Origin: a bacterium
GTDB lineage: Bacteria > Zhuqueibacterota > Zhuqueibacteria > Residuimicrobiales > Krinioviventaceae
Reading direction: 5' to 3'
DNA length: 64,000 nucleotides
NCBI GenBank assembly: GCA_963675755.2
Contig: CAXXMD010000003.1
Coordinates: 3,392,001-3,456,000, forward strand
Shown piece by piece: positions 47,795-57,573 of this stretch. The first letter of the stretch is position 1; each line of letters starts with the position of its first letter. The translations under genes and the position numbers were made by a program. The notes beneath the pieces were generated by a model. The model had not been told where the DNA came from. It ran no database searches and saw only the letters and a program-made list of their open reading frames with translations.

Positions 47795-48985
47795 CTATAA
47801 AAAGGATTTGATGGATTCTGCTACAAGCTCAACTCCGTGCGCTATTTTGTCTTCCGGAGTATTACAAAATGAAATTCGCATACAATTGTTACGTTCACCC
47901 AATGGATCAAAGGTGTTGCCAACCACAAATACAGCGCCTTTATCAATGGTCTTTTTCAATATTTCCATTGCGTTCAATTGTTCCGGCAAAGTAACCCAAA
48001 TATAGAATCCACCTTTAGGGTGTGTCCAGGTTACTCCCTCGGGCATAACAGCGTCCAAAGCGTCAAGCATCAGCTCCGATCTCTTTTTGTAGGCTCTTCG
48101 TAAGCGCTCCAAATAGTCCGGTAATCGGTTTTGTACCAGAAATTCATGTGCCAAAACCTGACTCAGAGTAGATGTACATGCATCTAGTGATTGTTTCGCC
48201 AGATCACATTTTTCAATGATCTCATTCGGGGCCAACAGCCAGCCAATCCGAAGTCCCGGACCGATGTATTTTGAAAACGATGACGTATAACAAATGGGCA
48301 CGGTCTCGGGGCCTGTTGCTTTGATGGGTACGGTTAATTCCTTATCCTTTTCATCGAAATAGAGTTCACCATAAGCATCATCTTCTATCACTATAATATC
48401 ATGCCCTTTCAGCGTTTGCATGAGCTCTTGTCTGCGTTGTTTGCTGTAAAGTATACCCGCGGGATTATGAAAATAGGGGGTTATATAAACAAACTTGGGC
48501 AACGGTTTGGACGAGTTTAAAATATTTTCAAGTTCCTGTATGTTAGCACCGTCATCATCCAGGGAGATGGTTTCAAAATCCGCCTGAAATGATTTAAATG
48601 CCGAGATGGCACCAATAAACGCGGGATATTCCGTAATCACCCGGTCACCGGGATCAATAAAGATTTTTGAAAGTATGCTAATAGCCTGCATGGAACCGGT
48701 GGTCACAATCAATCCATTATCTTCTACCGGCAGCCCTTTTTCTTTCAGAAACGCTTTTAATGATTCCAGAAAGGGCGGATAGCCACCAGTGGGCCCATAC
48801 TGCAGCGCCTGTTTTTTGACTGCGGGAGAAAGCGAGTTGTAAATCTCGTCAATTTCCTGTACGGGTAACAGATCATTATTGGGCATACCCCCGGAAAAAG
48901 AAATGATATCCGGTTTGGATGCAAGGCTCATCAACTCGCGTATTGCGGATGAGCGCATACTGGATGCACTGGTGGAAAATCGCAT
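47795..48985 (-). CDS. PLP-dependent class I/II aminotransferase (LysN/aromatic aminotransferase-like)
   Basis: SAIREL, IISFSGGMP, LQYGPT.G, NPAG, IEDDAYGEL, SFSK..GPGLRIGW, P.GGFYIW, RISF. Confidence 0.9.
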   Translation of the reverse strand: MRFSTSASSMRSSAIRELMSLASKPDIISFSGGMPNNDLLPVQEIDEIYNSLSPAVKKQALQYGPTGGYPPFLESLKAFLKEKGLPVEDNGLIVTTGSMQAISILSKIFIDPGDRVITEYPAFIGAISAFKSFQADFETISLDDDGANIQELENILNSSKPLPKFVYITPYFHNPAGILYSKQRRQELMQTLKGHDIIVIEDDAYGELYFDEKDKELTVPIKATGPETVPICYTSSFSKYIGPGLRIGWLLAPNEIIEKCDLAKQSLDACTSTLSQVLAHEFLVQNRLPDYLERLRRAYKKRSELMLDALDAVMPEGVTWTHPKGGFYIWVTLPEQLNAMEILKKTIDKGAVFVVGNTFDPLGERNNCMRISFCNTPEDKIAHGVELVAESIKSFL

Positions 48986-49000
48986 TATAGGTGCCTTTCG

Positions 49001-49426
49001 TTATATTTCATAGATCTCACTGGCTTTGATCAGTTCTACTTTGTGTTCCTGCAATACGTCGATTGCCGCTTGCAGGGCTTCGGTACGGATGATAACCGAT
49101 GCTTTTTCTCCAAATTCGAACGCGTACATGTACTCAATGCCAATCTTTGCGTTTGATAGAATCTCGAGTGCTCTTGCCAGTCCGCCCGGAGTGTGAGGTA
49201 CAGTTAAACAGATCACATCTGTTGAATTGACGGTAAAGTTTCTCGCTTTTAAGGATTCTACAGCTTTATCCGGATTGGTTACAATCAAACGAAGGATACC
49301 GTATTCAGCCGTATCTGCAATGCTTAGCGCGGAAATGTTTATATTGGCTTCTTCAAGTGCTTTGGTCACTTCGGTCAACCGACCTGATTTATTTTCAAGA
49401 AATATTGACAACTGTTTAATGATCAT
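49001..49426 (-). CDS. Tandem ACT-domain protein
   Basis: KQLSIFLENKSGRL..V...L....INI.ALSIADT.EYGILRLIV; PGGLA..L..L....I.IEYMYAF. Confidence 0.9.
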   Translation of the reverse strand: MIIKQLSIFLENKSGRLTEVTKALEEANINISALSIADTAEYGILRLIVTNPDKAVESLKARNFTVNSTDVICLTVPHTPGGLARALEILSNAKIGIEYMYAFEFGEKASVIIRTEALQAAIDVLQEHKVELIKASEIYEI

Positions 49427-49441
49427 GTGAGATCCTCCTGG

Positions 49442-50740
49442 TTACATGCTTCGTTTGTCGATGACACGTTTGGCCTTGCCTTCACTGCGCTCGATTGTTT
49501 TGTGCTCTACCAGTTTGACTTTGACACTGAGTCCCAGTGTGCTGTCAATGTTGTGTTTGATTTTTGCAGACAGTTCTTCCAGTTTGCGGATTTCGTCAGA
49601 GAAAAATTCATTTTCAACTTCAACCCAGACTTCCAGATTGTCAAGATTGTTGACACGGTCCACAATCAACTGGTAATGCGGTTTGGTCTCGCTCATTTCA
49701 AGCAGAACGCTTTCGATCTGAGACGGGAACACGTTCACACCGCGAATGATGAGCATATCGTCCGAGCGACCCAGACATTTTGCCATGCGCACCATGGTAC
49801 GTCCGCATTCACAGGTTTCGTAATTGAGCACGGTCAGATCGCGGGTTCGGTAACGCAGCAGGGGGAGTCCCTCTTTGGTGAGCGTTGTAAAAACCAGCTC
49901 GCCGATCTCGCCCGGGGGAAGGACCTCGAGCGTTTTGGGATCAATGATCTCGGGATAAAAATGATCTTCGAACACGTGCAAACCGGTCTTGTGCACACAT
50001 TCTGTGGAAACTCCGGGTCCAATAACCTCACTGAGTCCGTAAATATCAATCGCCAGTATGCCCAGTTTATCTTCAATTTCTTTGCGGATGTTCTCGGTCC
50101 AGGGTTCCGCGCCAAAGATACCTACACGCAGGGGCAGATCTTGTGGAGACAGGCCTGCTTCTTCCAGGGCTTCGGCCAGATAAAGCGCGTACGAGGGCGT
50201 GCATGCGAGCACGGTACTGCCAAAATCTTTCATCAACTGGATCTGGCGCTTGGTGTTGCCGCCGGAAATGGGAATGACCGTAGCACCGACTTTTTCCGTA
50301 CCATAATGAATGCCAAGTCCACCGGTGAACAATCCATAACCGTAGGCGATCTGGACAACATCGTCTTTGCCTGCACCGGCACAGTTGAGGGTGCGCGCAA
50401 CCACTTCGGACCACAGGTTAATATCGCGGCGGGTGTATCCCACCACCGTGGGTTTGCCGGTGGTACCGCTTGAAGCGTGCACACGCACAATATCGCTCAT
50501 GGGGGTGGCAAACAGGTCGAACGGGTAATTATCGCGCAGGTCCTGTTTGGTAGTAAAGGGCAGTTTTTTCAGGTCGTCGATGCTTTTTACATCTCCGGGG
50601 TCCATGCCCAGTTCCTGGAATTTTTTGCGATAAAAGGGTACGTTGTAATAGAGACGTTCAACCATATTGACCAGCCGTTCACTTTGCACACGGGTGAGCT
50701 CCTGGCGGTCCATACATTCAAAATGTTCATTCCAGATCAT
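49442..50740 (-). CDS. paaK: Phenylacetate-CoA ligase family protein
   Basis: [75 protein letters not shown]. Confidence 0.9.
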   Translation of the reverse strand: MIWNEHFECMDRQELTRVQSERLVNMVERLYYNVPFYRKKFQELGMDPGDVKSIDDLKKLPFTTKQDLRDNYPFDLFATPMSDIVRVHASSGTTGKPTVVGYTRRDINLWSEVVARTLNCAGAGKDDVVQIAYGYGLFTGGLGIHYGTEKVGATVIPISGGNTKRQIQLMKDFGSTVLACTPSYALYLAEALEEAGLSPQDLPLRVGIFGAEPWTENIRKEIEDKLGILAIDIYGLSEVIGPGVSTECVHKTGLHVFEDHFYPEIIDPKTLEVLPPGEIGELVFTTLTKEGLPLLRYRTRDLTVLNYETCECGRTMVRMAKCLGRSDDMLIIRGVNVFPSQIESVLLEMSETKPHYQLIVDRVNNLDNLEVWVEVENEFFSDEIRKLEELSAKIKHNIDSTLGLSVKVKLVEHKTIERSEGKAKRVIDKRSM

Positions 50741-50854
50741 TCTTTTCTCCGGTCATTGGTGTGTATATTGAGGAAACGCGTTGTATTCCGGTAGTTTGAT
50801 TTGCAGTTATAAAATAATTGAATCTATTGGATTATGCAAGGAACTTTTTTTCTA

Positions 50855-50924
50855 CGTGAGATGAAAGACGGAAGACGGGAGACGGGAGACGTGAGACGTG
50901 AGACGTGAGACGTGAGACGTGAAA
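50855..50924. repeat. Heptanucleotide tandem repeat, ~10 units of CG(T/G)GAGA
   Basis: cgtgaga tgaaaga cggaaga cgggaga cgggaga cgtgaga cgtgaga cgtgaga cgtgaga cgtgaaa. Confidence 0.9.
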
Positions 50925-50946
50925 AACTTGTCCTGATTGGGGAGAG

Positions 50947-51029
50947 ATTTGCCTGGGCATTTGTCCTGATTCTTCAAGAATTGCATGGGACAAATGTTTC
51001 ATTTGAATATTCTGCGATGCAGGGAACTG
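50947..51029. repeat. REP-doublet-like hairpin element (family A), truncated copy 1
   Basis: ggcatttgtcctgattcttcaagaattgcatgggacaaatg...gaatattctgcgatgcagg. Confidence 0.8.
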
Positions 51030-51308
51030 ATAACGATTGGTTAACCAAACCTGTAAATAATCAAGTTGGTTTCTGAATAGTAGTTTAAAAAATTACAAAT
51101 TTTATACTTTTTGATAAAAATTATATTCGTTTTTTTAACGATTTTTTTTAAATTTGTGATACGATAAATGGGGCAGCTTTTCATTTTTCATCAAAAATAT
51201 TGTCTATCAATTTATTCAAGTATCTGTATCAACAACATAACGTCTTTTTAATAGTACTAAAAATTTGAGTGTATTGCTTTGAATGCATTCAAAAATCAGG
51301 AGTTTTGG

Positions 51309-51938
51309 ATGAAAAAAATCTTTTTTGTAATCTTGTTTTTTTCAGTTATAGTCAATTCCAGTTTTGCGGAATACAATTTTGGTGTTGTTGCGGGGACAAA
51401 TATAGAAAAGATGACTTTTGAAAAGAGAACTATTTACAAGTATCACTATCCACACGGATATACGATTGGAGTATTTGGTGAATTTTGTCTTTCATCTAAT
51501 TTGTTAATACGATTTGAATTAGCAAAAAGTCATTCCATAAACAAATTCGTATATTATACAATTTTTGAAGATATGGAGCTATATGAATATGACAAACATT
51601 ATATTTCAATACCAATTTTGTTAAATTTTTATCCGAATGATGTTTTTTATATTCAAGGAGGTATTCAAATTCATTACAATAATAAAGTCAACTATCATTA
51701 TCGTAATATACTTTTAAGAAAACATCTCAATAATAAAACAAATATAACCTCTGACGTTTCAAAGTATGATACTTTTTTTTGTTTGGGAGTTGGTAAAAAT
51801 TTTAGTTTCATCAATAAAGAAATTGGAATTGTTTTCAGACTCTTAAAAGGAATGAATAATATGGAAGGTCAATGGTTTTTATATGATAAAGCAAATAGTT
51901 TACAGTTACAATTAATAATGAATCTACAATTGTTGTAG
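51309..51938 (+). CDS. Outer-membrane beta-barrel (porin/PorT-like) protein, AT-rich
   Basis: RBS CAGGAG; signal peptide; FGVVAG.N, G..IG.F.E, YISIPILL.FY, alternating aromatic strands. Confidence 0.6.
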   Translation: MKKIFFVILFFSVIVNSSFAEYNFGVVAGTNIEKMTFEKRTIYKYHYPHGYTIGVFGEFCLSSNLLIRFELAKSHSINKFVYYTIFEDMELYEYDKHYISIPILLNFYPNDVFYIQGGIQIHYNNKVNYHYRNILLRKHLNNKTNITSDVSKYDTFFCLGVGKNFSFINKEIGIVFRLLKGMNNMEGQWFLYDKANSLQLQLIMNLQLL

Positions 51939-51985
51939 TAAAACTTGTTAAAAAGGAGAAGCAATTAAATGAAAATAAAAATATA

Positions 51986-52122
51986 TGATCGCCCGGTAAT
52001 CCGCCAGCTGGCGGATGCCGGGCGGAATATTTACAAGGACATTTGTCCTGATTCTTCAAGAATTGCACGGGACAAACGTCCCGGTTGAATATTCCGCGAT
52101 GCAGGAATCTGCATCGCGATCA
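51986..52122. repeat. REP-doublet-like hairpin element (family A), full copy 2
   Basis: tgatcgcccggtaatccgccagctggcggatgccgggcggaatatt...ggacatttgtcc...ggacaaacgtcc...aatattccgcgatgcaggaatctgcatcgcgatca. Confidence 0.9.
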
Positions 52123-52223
52123 ATGACCCACCAGGAAGAAAGTGAGGTTTTTAAGCAGATCAAAAATACTGTGACATCTGCTATAGTTAAAGAGAAATTA
52201 TTATTATATACAGGATGGTAGTA

Positions 52224-52943
52224 ATGAGAAAAGTATTTTTTTTAGTGATAATTATTCCACTGTCATTGTTCTCTTATGTAAATGATGGCCCGCCAAAAAA
52301 TGGTTATTTTGGTGGTTCAAGAGTTGCAAATTATTGTCATTTTAATATTCCTTTTTACATGAGTTATTTGGGGGACAATAATAATGCTTTTTCATTATTA
52401 TGGCCCGGACTTGCCAGTCCGATTGGTCAAATTCAATATACTAAAAGATATAATGAAAATTCTAAATTGGGCATAGGGCTAGGGCTCCCTTTTATTTCAA
52501 TATATGCTGATAGAGACTTCAATATCAGTAAAAATAAAAAAATTAATACCAGCTTTTTGGTTGGGATACCATTCTTCTCACTATCATCAAAAGTGTTCTA
52601 CCCCTTTGATGATGTTGGGAGATATAAGCAAGGAGTTTCATTTAATTATATCTATTATTCTGGATATTATAGCTGGTCTATGGTTGGAAATATGGATATT
52701 TATCCTGGATCACAAGTATTATCTTTAAATTATGAAGGTTTGATTACTCCAAAGAACAATGGCAAAGTTAATTTGTTCTTTTCTATTGGAGCTAATTATT
52801 TATTTTTGAGCTATGCGATTCGTCAAGCTGATAATGAAAATTATGGATTTAAGAATTTCGTGAATTTATATGATTATGCATTATCTGATGTTTCCTGGGA
52901 TAAAAAGATATGTTGGAGCCTGTCATTTGGGTTTAATTTTTAA
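52224..52943 (+). CDS. Hypothetical exported protein, possibly outer-membrane beta-barrel, AT-rich
   Basis: Signal-like N-terminus (ATG 52224 or 52215), beta-strand pattern, terminal SLSFGFNF. Confidence 0.55.
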   Translation: MRKVFFLVIIIPLSLFSYVNDGPPKNGYFGGSRVANYCHFNIPFYMSYLGDNNNAFSLLWPGLASPIGQIQYTKRYNENSKLGIGLGLPFISIYADRDFNISKNKKINTSFLVGIPFFSLSSKVFYPFDDVGRYKQGVSFNYIYYSGYYSWSMVGNMDIYPGSQVLSLNYEGLITPKNNGKVNLFFSIGANYLFLSYAIRQADNENYGFKNFVNLYDYALSDVSWDKKICWSLSFGFNF

Positions 52944-52951
52944 TAGAAACC

Positions 52952-53059
52952 TGATCGCTCAGATTATTTGATAGGATATTTGTCCTGATTCTTTAAGAAT
53001 TGTACGGGACAAATGTCCCACTTGAATATTCCGCGATACAGGAAACTGCATCGCGATCA
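52952..53059. repeat. REP-doublet-like hairpin element (family A), copy 3 (left hairpin deleted)
   Basis: tgatcgc...ggatatttgtcctgattctttaagaattgtacgggacaaatgtcc..gaatattccgcgatacaggaaactgcatcgcgatca. Confidence 0.85.
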
Positions 53060-53075
53060 GTCGATTAATAAAATT

Positions 53076-54983
53076 TTATTTCAAATATAGCATCTTTATT
53101 ATATCCACAAAATCACCTGTTTTGAACTTGCAGAAATAGATCCCGTTTGAATATTTTGATCCGTCCCATTTTACTGCATACTGTCCTGGTGATTGCCATG
53201 TGGAAGTAAGCATCTCGATCAATTGTCCGTTTGTGTTATATATCCCAAGCTCAACATAACTTGTATTGACAATATTATAGCGGATTGTGGTTGAGGGATT
53301 AAAGGGATTAGGGTAATTCTGTTCAAGACTGAATTTTTCAGGTACAATTGGAACCGACTGTTCAATATCAGTAACCAGATGTGAAATGAATTCTAACGTA
53401 TCGCTCCAATAAGTTTTGTCATCTGTATAAATATCTAGGGTGAATTTAATCGGATCATCCGTCGTACCTGTAAGAACCGATATACCATCCACGTTAAAAC
53501 AGATATTCTCCTGACATAAGACGGTTTTACCCGGGGGTATGTTGTAGAAATGGATTTTATCGTGATTTAAATTCACAACCCTTTCATCCATTGTCCCCAA
53601 TTTGGCGGTAACGTTTGGAATATTTGTTGTAGAGCCATAATTGTGTAGATACATCATAAAGGTAAGCATTTTTTCATCTGCATTGTATTCCAACTCGTGA
53701 TAAATCTCTCCTTCATTGGGTAATAATACCGGTCCACAGCTGGTAAACTGGGTGTTAAATGGACAATCGACTTTATAATTCATATCCAAATCAATAGTGC
53801 GTAATTTTATATCAAAGAAATCTTCTCCAATGTCGGTCAAATTAATTGTATTTCCCCAATTATTATCATTAGCTCCACTATCATCATGTAATCCGTCATT
53901 ATACAATTCTAATGAGTCCTTCAAGTCGGAATGCGTTCCCTCTATATACGCTTTTACGGATACTGCATGTTTCTCGGGGTTGGTCAGTTCAGCATAAATA
54001 TGAAAATCTCCACCTTTTTGTGTACAGTATCCCGGTTCTATTATTATATTTTTCCCAAACGCTAGGTCTATTAAAGGATTTTGATATTTTTTAAAGAAAT
54101 TGACAATTAAACTCCCGGTCTCAATGTCCATATTCCTGGGTTGCGCCCAACCGGGATCCAGTGCTGAGCCCGGCCAGCCGTGTCCGCCATTATTAACTTT
54201 ATATAAAATAAAACATCCATTCCCGTTGCAATTTGATATGGTTATTTTATCCACGGTGCTGGAATCTTCCGGTACCAGATCAGGCAGGGCGACTGTATCT
54301 GCGGGTAAAGCGCATTCATTTTTATCAATCCAGAAATCCATGGTTCTTTGCACAGACCATGAATAACTGAAATCCTCATCATAGGGTATTATATTATCTG
54401 CAGTACCATGAAAATGAAGTATGGGGAAAGGATGTGAATATCGATAGTGTTTTTCCTGAATATCATTTGGAGTACCGGCTACAGATGCTATGGCTGCAAT
54501 CCGGTGTCCCATTTCAGATGCAACGCGGTAAGTCATTTCACCACCCATAGACAATCCTGCACAATAGACCCGACCCAAATCAATATTATATTTAGAATCT
54601 ATTGTATCAATTAATGCGGAAAGATATCCCAGATCATTTGCCGTGGTATCTGATTTTATCCATGAATGATCAACTATGCCTGAATTCCAACCGGGATTAC
54701 CATCTTTGCTGCTACCTGTTGGATAAACAACTATTAATCCTGCTGTATCTGCATAAGCGTGTAAGCGTGTATATTTAGCCTGATACTGAGGTGTGTCCTG
54801 ATACCCGTGTAAATAAAGAATAAGCGGCATATTGGCCTGATAATTATGAGGAAGATATACCAGATAGGTTCTGGAGACTCCTTCGAAATCAAATTTTCCA
54901 ACATAATCTTGTGAAAATGTAATAGTGTTTATTAGGAATAATAAAAAGATGAGAATAACAAAATTACATTTCCTATTTTTCAT
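53076..54983 (-). CDS. Secreted PHB-depolymerase/LpqC-like esterase with choice-of-anchor-X-like domain and T9SS-like CTD
   Basis: R.Y.VY.P...PLI.YLHG, GLSMGG, FHGTAD, GGHGWPG; LYNDG.HDD..AND..WG; QNYPNPFNP; probable ATG 54983. Confidence 0.83.
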   Translation of the reverse strand: MKNRKCNFVILIFLLFLINTITFSQDYVGKFDFEGVSRTYLVYLPHNYQANMPLILYLHGYQDTPQYQAKYTRLHAYADTAGLIVVYPTGSSKDGNPGWNSGIVDHSWIKSDTTANDLGYLSALIDTIDSKYNIDLGRVYCAGLSMGGEMTYRVASEMGHRIAAIASVAGTPNDIQEKHYRYSHPFPILHFHGTADNIIPYDEDFSYSWSVQRTMDFWIDKNECALPADTVALPDLVPEDSSTVDKITISNCNGNGCFILYKVNNGGHGWPGSALDPGWAQPRNMDIETGSLIVNFFKKYQNPLIDLAFGKNIIIEPGYCTQKGGDFHIYAELTNPEKHAVSVKAYIEGTHSDLKDSLELYNDGLHDDSGANDNNWGNTINLTDIGEDFFDIKLRTIDLDMNYKVDCPFNTQFTSCGPVLLPNEGEIYHELEYNADEKMLTFMMYLHNYGSTTNIPNVTAKLGTMDERVVNLNHDKIHFYNIPPGKTVLCQENICFNVDGISVLTGTTDDPIKFTLDIYTDDKTYWSDTLEFISHLVTDIEQSVPIVPEKFSLEQNYPNPFNPSTTIRYNIVNTSYVELGIYNTNGQLIEMLTSTWQSPGQYAVKWDGSKYSNGIYFCKFKTGDFVDIIKMLYLK

Positions 54984-55204
54984 GTTGACACTCTCAATCA
55001 AATGATTTATTTAATAATAAATATTTGCAAGTTGATCAATTTCAGTCTGTGATTGGAAGAGTCGAATTCCGGGGGTATTCAACAATAATGTGGCTGTACG
55101 GAAAGCTGATTTTCAGTTACTATTTGTTTAATTACAACATATATTTATTGATTAATATTCAAGAGTATATATGTAGGTTTTTAGAAAAACGGACTCTGAC
55201 TGTA

Positions 55205-55959
55205 CGGAATATTTACCTGGACATTTGTCCTGAAACTCGGATAATTATACGGGACAAATGTCCCGTTTGAATATTCTGCGATGCAGGGATCTGCATCGCG
55301 ATCTGTTTTTTCTTAATTCTCCGAATCCACGTCAAAAATCCAGATTTTTAAAAGCTCCAGGTAGGCTGAAAATAATTGCCCGGCACCTCCGAGGTGCCGG
55401 GCAATTGGTTATACTTTTAAAATAAAGATGATCACGAGGCATATCTATGTTGTGCTGAATATATGATCGCCCGGTAATCCGCCAGCTGGCGGATGCCGGG
55501 CGGAATATTTACCAGGATATTTGTCCTGATACTCGGAAAATTGCCTGGGACAAATGTCCCGCTTTAATTTTCCGCGATGCAGGAATCTGCATCGCGATCA
55601 GTTTTTTCTTAATTCTCCGAATTAATGTCAAAAATCCAGTTTTTTAAAAGCTCCAGGTAGGCTGAAAATATTTGCCCGGCACCTCCGAGGTGCCGGGCAA
55701 TTGGTTGTACTTTTTAAATAAATATGATCACACGGCATGTTTATGTTGTGCTGAATATATGATCACCCGGTAATCCGCCAGCTGGCGGATGCCGGGCGGA
55801 ATATTTACCAGGACATTTGTCCTGATACTTCAAGAATTCTACGGGACAAATGTCCCGTTTGAATATTCCGCGATGCAGGGATCTGCATCGCGATCGGGTT
55901 TTTCTTAATTCTCCGAATTAATGTCAAAAATCCAGTTTTTTACAAGTTCCAGGTAGGCT
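55205..55959. repeat. 296-bp tandem repeat (about 2.55 copies) containing family-A elements, family-B palindromes and the 3' end of the 55905 gene
   Basis: cggaatattt at 55205, 55501, 55797; ttaattctccgaat..gtcaaaaatccag..ccaggtaggct at 55313, 55609, 55905. Confidence 0.92.
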
Positions 55960-56738
55960 TCGTATCCCATTATATCCGGGATGTCGGTGTGGTTAGCATC
56001 CTGGACCAGGATCATGGATTTGGGTTCGGGGGCGTTTGCGTATACCACCTTCCCATTGTCGCGATAGCGTACAAAATCGTCTTGAGCACCATGGATCAGC
56101 AGAAACCGGGTATTTATGTTTTGGATCTGCTTTGCATTGTCAAACGAACCGGTTGTGAGCCACTGCGAGGGGATATCCAACACCGTGCTGCCCTGTGTTA
56201 ACGAGTTTGCGGATGCAAATGGAGACTCGGCAATCAAACAGCGTGGATCTACTTTTTGTCCCGCAAGATAGATCGAGGCCACATTTCCCAGCGAATACCC
56301 GTAAATACAGAGCGAATCGGCGGGCACGTTCTGTTGGTTCATGACATAGTTGAGCGCAGCATCACTGTCCTGATAGAGTCCGGTTTCGGAAGATTTTCCC
56401 TCGGACTTGCCGTATCCACGATAATCATAGATAAATATATTCACACCCAGCTCGTACAACAGCATGACACGGTCCCAGTATTCATCAATATTGTGCTTGT
56501 TGCCATGACAATAAAGAATGGTTATACCGGGCCGTTCGCCATTGGATTCCACCCAATAACCGTAAATTTTATTACCGCCGCTGTTGAGAGTCACTTCCTG
56601 CAGATGGTCCTGCGGAATGGAATTGCCGGGCAGGGTGTATTCGTCCAATGATTCGGTGTTGAATAAAAATCCATCCAGTTCACAAGCGGTAAACATTGTA
56701 GAAAAGAGCAGTATGAAAAGCAGGTATAGATTTTTCAT
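55905..56738 (-). CDS. Alpha/beta-hydrolase lipoprotein (BEM46/ABHD-like)
   Basis: Lipobox FTAC; ILYCHGN, YDYRGYGKSEG, GYSLG, ESPF, IHG..D..V, A.H. Confidence 0.88.
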   Translation of the reverse strand: MKNLYLLFILLFSTMFTACELDGFLFNTESLDEYTLPGNSIPQDHLQEVTLNSGGNKIYGYWVESNGERPGITILYCHGNKHNIDEYWDRVMLLYELGVNIFIYDYRGYGKSEGKSSETGLYQDSDAALNYVMNQQNVPADSLCIYGYSLGNVASIYLAGQKVDPRCLIAESPFASANSLTQGSTVLDIPSQWLTTGSFDNAKQIQNINTRFLLIHGAQDDFVRYRDNGKVVYANAPEPKSMILVQDANHTDIPDIMGYEAYLELVKNWIFDINSEN

Positions 56739-57400
56739 TTAAAACTCCTTTCCAGCGCAAACAGAGTGGTAATAGCGCCATAACCGGAGATGGGCAGATA
56801 ATCCACTGCCAGGTTCTCGCTGGCAATGTTGGAGCCGTTCCATTTAATCTCGGTAATGAGGCGGGTATTTCTGCCGAGTTTCCACTCGTAACCGACAAAG
56901 GGTGAAAAGATCAGGGACTCTGCATCGTCATCATAATCGGGATCAGAGATGGGTGCGGCCATATCCAGACCGCCAAAGAACTGTCCTTTTCCGGTCTGCC
57001 AGGCGGATGAAAAAGATACAACCGGGTAAACTCGATATTTCTCTTCAATATCGGATTTCAAGCTGGCAAAGCACATTAAAAACGGGTGAATACCAATGGT
57101 GGGTTTTAAACCATTTTGTTCTATGGGGTACCAGGAAAATCCGGCATCGAGTCCTGCCATTTTGTAAGCCAGTGGCAGCATATGCAGATTTGTAAACAGG
57201 TTGATGGATTCTGATGCGCCATATTCAAGCCCTCCGGTGAGATATGGAACCGGGATTTGCGTGCCCAGTGCCTTAATAATAGGGCCGCCAAAGCTTACAT
57301 TGGCATCCACATTGCCTTTACCCAGGGGCTGCAAATGTGTATGTGCCGCACAGGAAAAGAGTAGTAAACTGCTTAATAACAAGAGTATTGTTTTCTTCAT
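56735..57400 (-). CDS. Hypothetical lipoprotein, translationally coupled to the hydrolase
   Basis: Lipobox LFSC; 4-bp ATGA overlap with the downstream gene. Confidence 0.7.
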   Translation of the reverse strand: MKKTILLLLSSLLLFSCAAHTHLQPLGKGNVDANVSFGGPIIKALGTQIPVPYLTGGLEYGASESINLFTNLHMLPLAYKMAGLDAGFSWYPIEQNGLKPTIGIHPFLMCFASLKSDIEEKYRVYPVVSFSSAWQTGKGQFFGGLDMAAPISDPDYDDDAESLIFSPFVGYEWKLGRNTRLITEIKWNGSNIASENLAVDYLPISGYGAITTLFALERSFK

Positions 57401-57516
57401 TCATACCTCAGATTAGGGGATTTTGGGGAGCTATTTCTACTAGAATTTGTTTTTACTGTGTCAAAAATCAGACCAGAATGAACCGGGGGATCCGGAAGCG
57501 TGTGCGAGAATTATAT

Positions 57517-57561
57517 ATAGTTAATATTCAGGCATTTTCAATTTACCTGAATATTAACTAT
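57517..57561. terminator. 16-bp-stem hairpin downstream of the DUF5107 gene
   Basis: atagttaatattcagg-N13-cctgaatattaactat. Confidence 0.6.
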
Positions 57562-57573
57562 TTGTCAAATGTT

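Noticed and set aside
49427-50473. 348-aa ORF on + strand
   Set aside because: Antisense shadow of the well-supported paaK gene; no recognisable motifs
50947-55959. Possible CRISPR array or classical integron
   Set aside because: Repeats are ~80-300 bp rather than 23-50 bp with unique short spacers; no cas or intI gene; no RYYYAAC...GTTRRRY attC ends recognised
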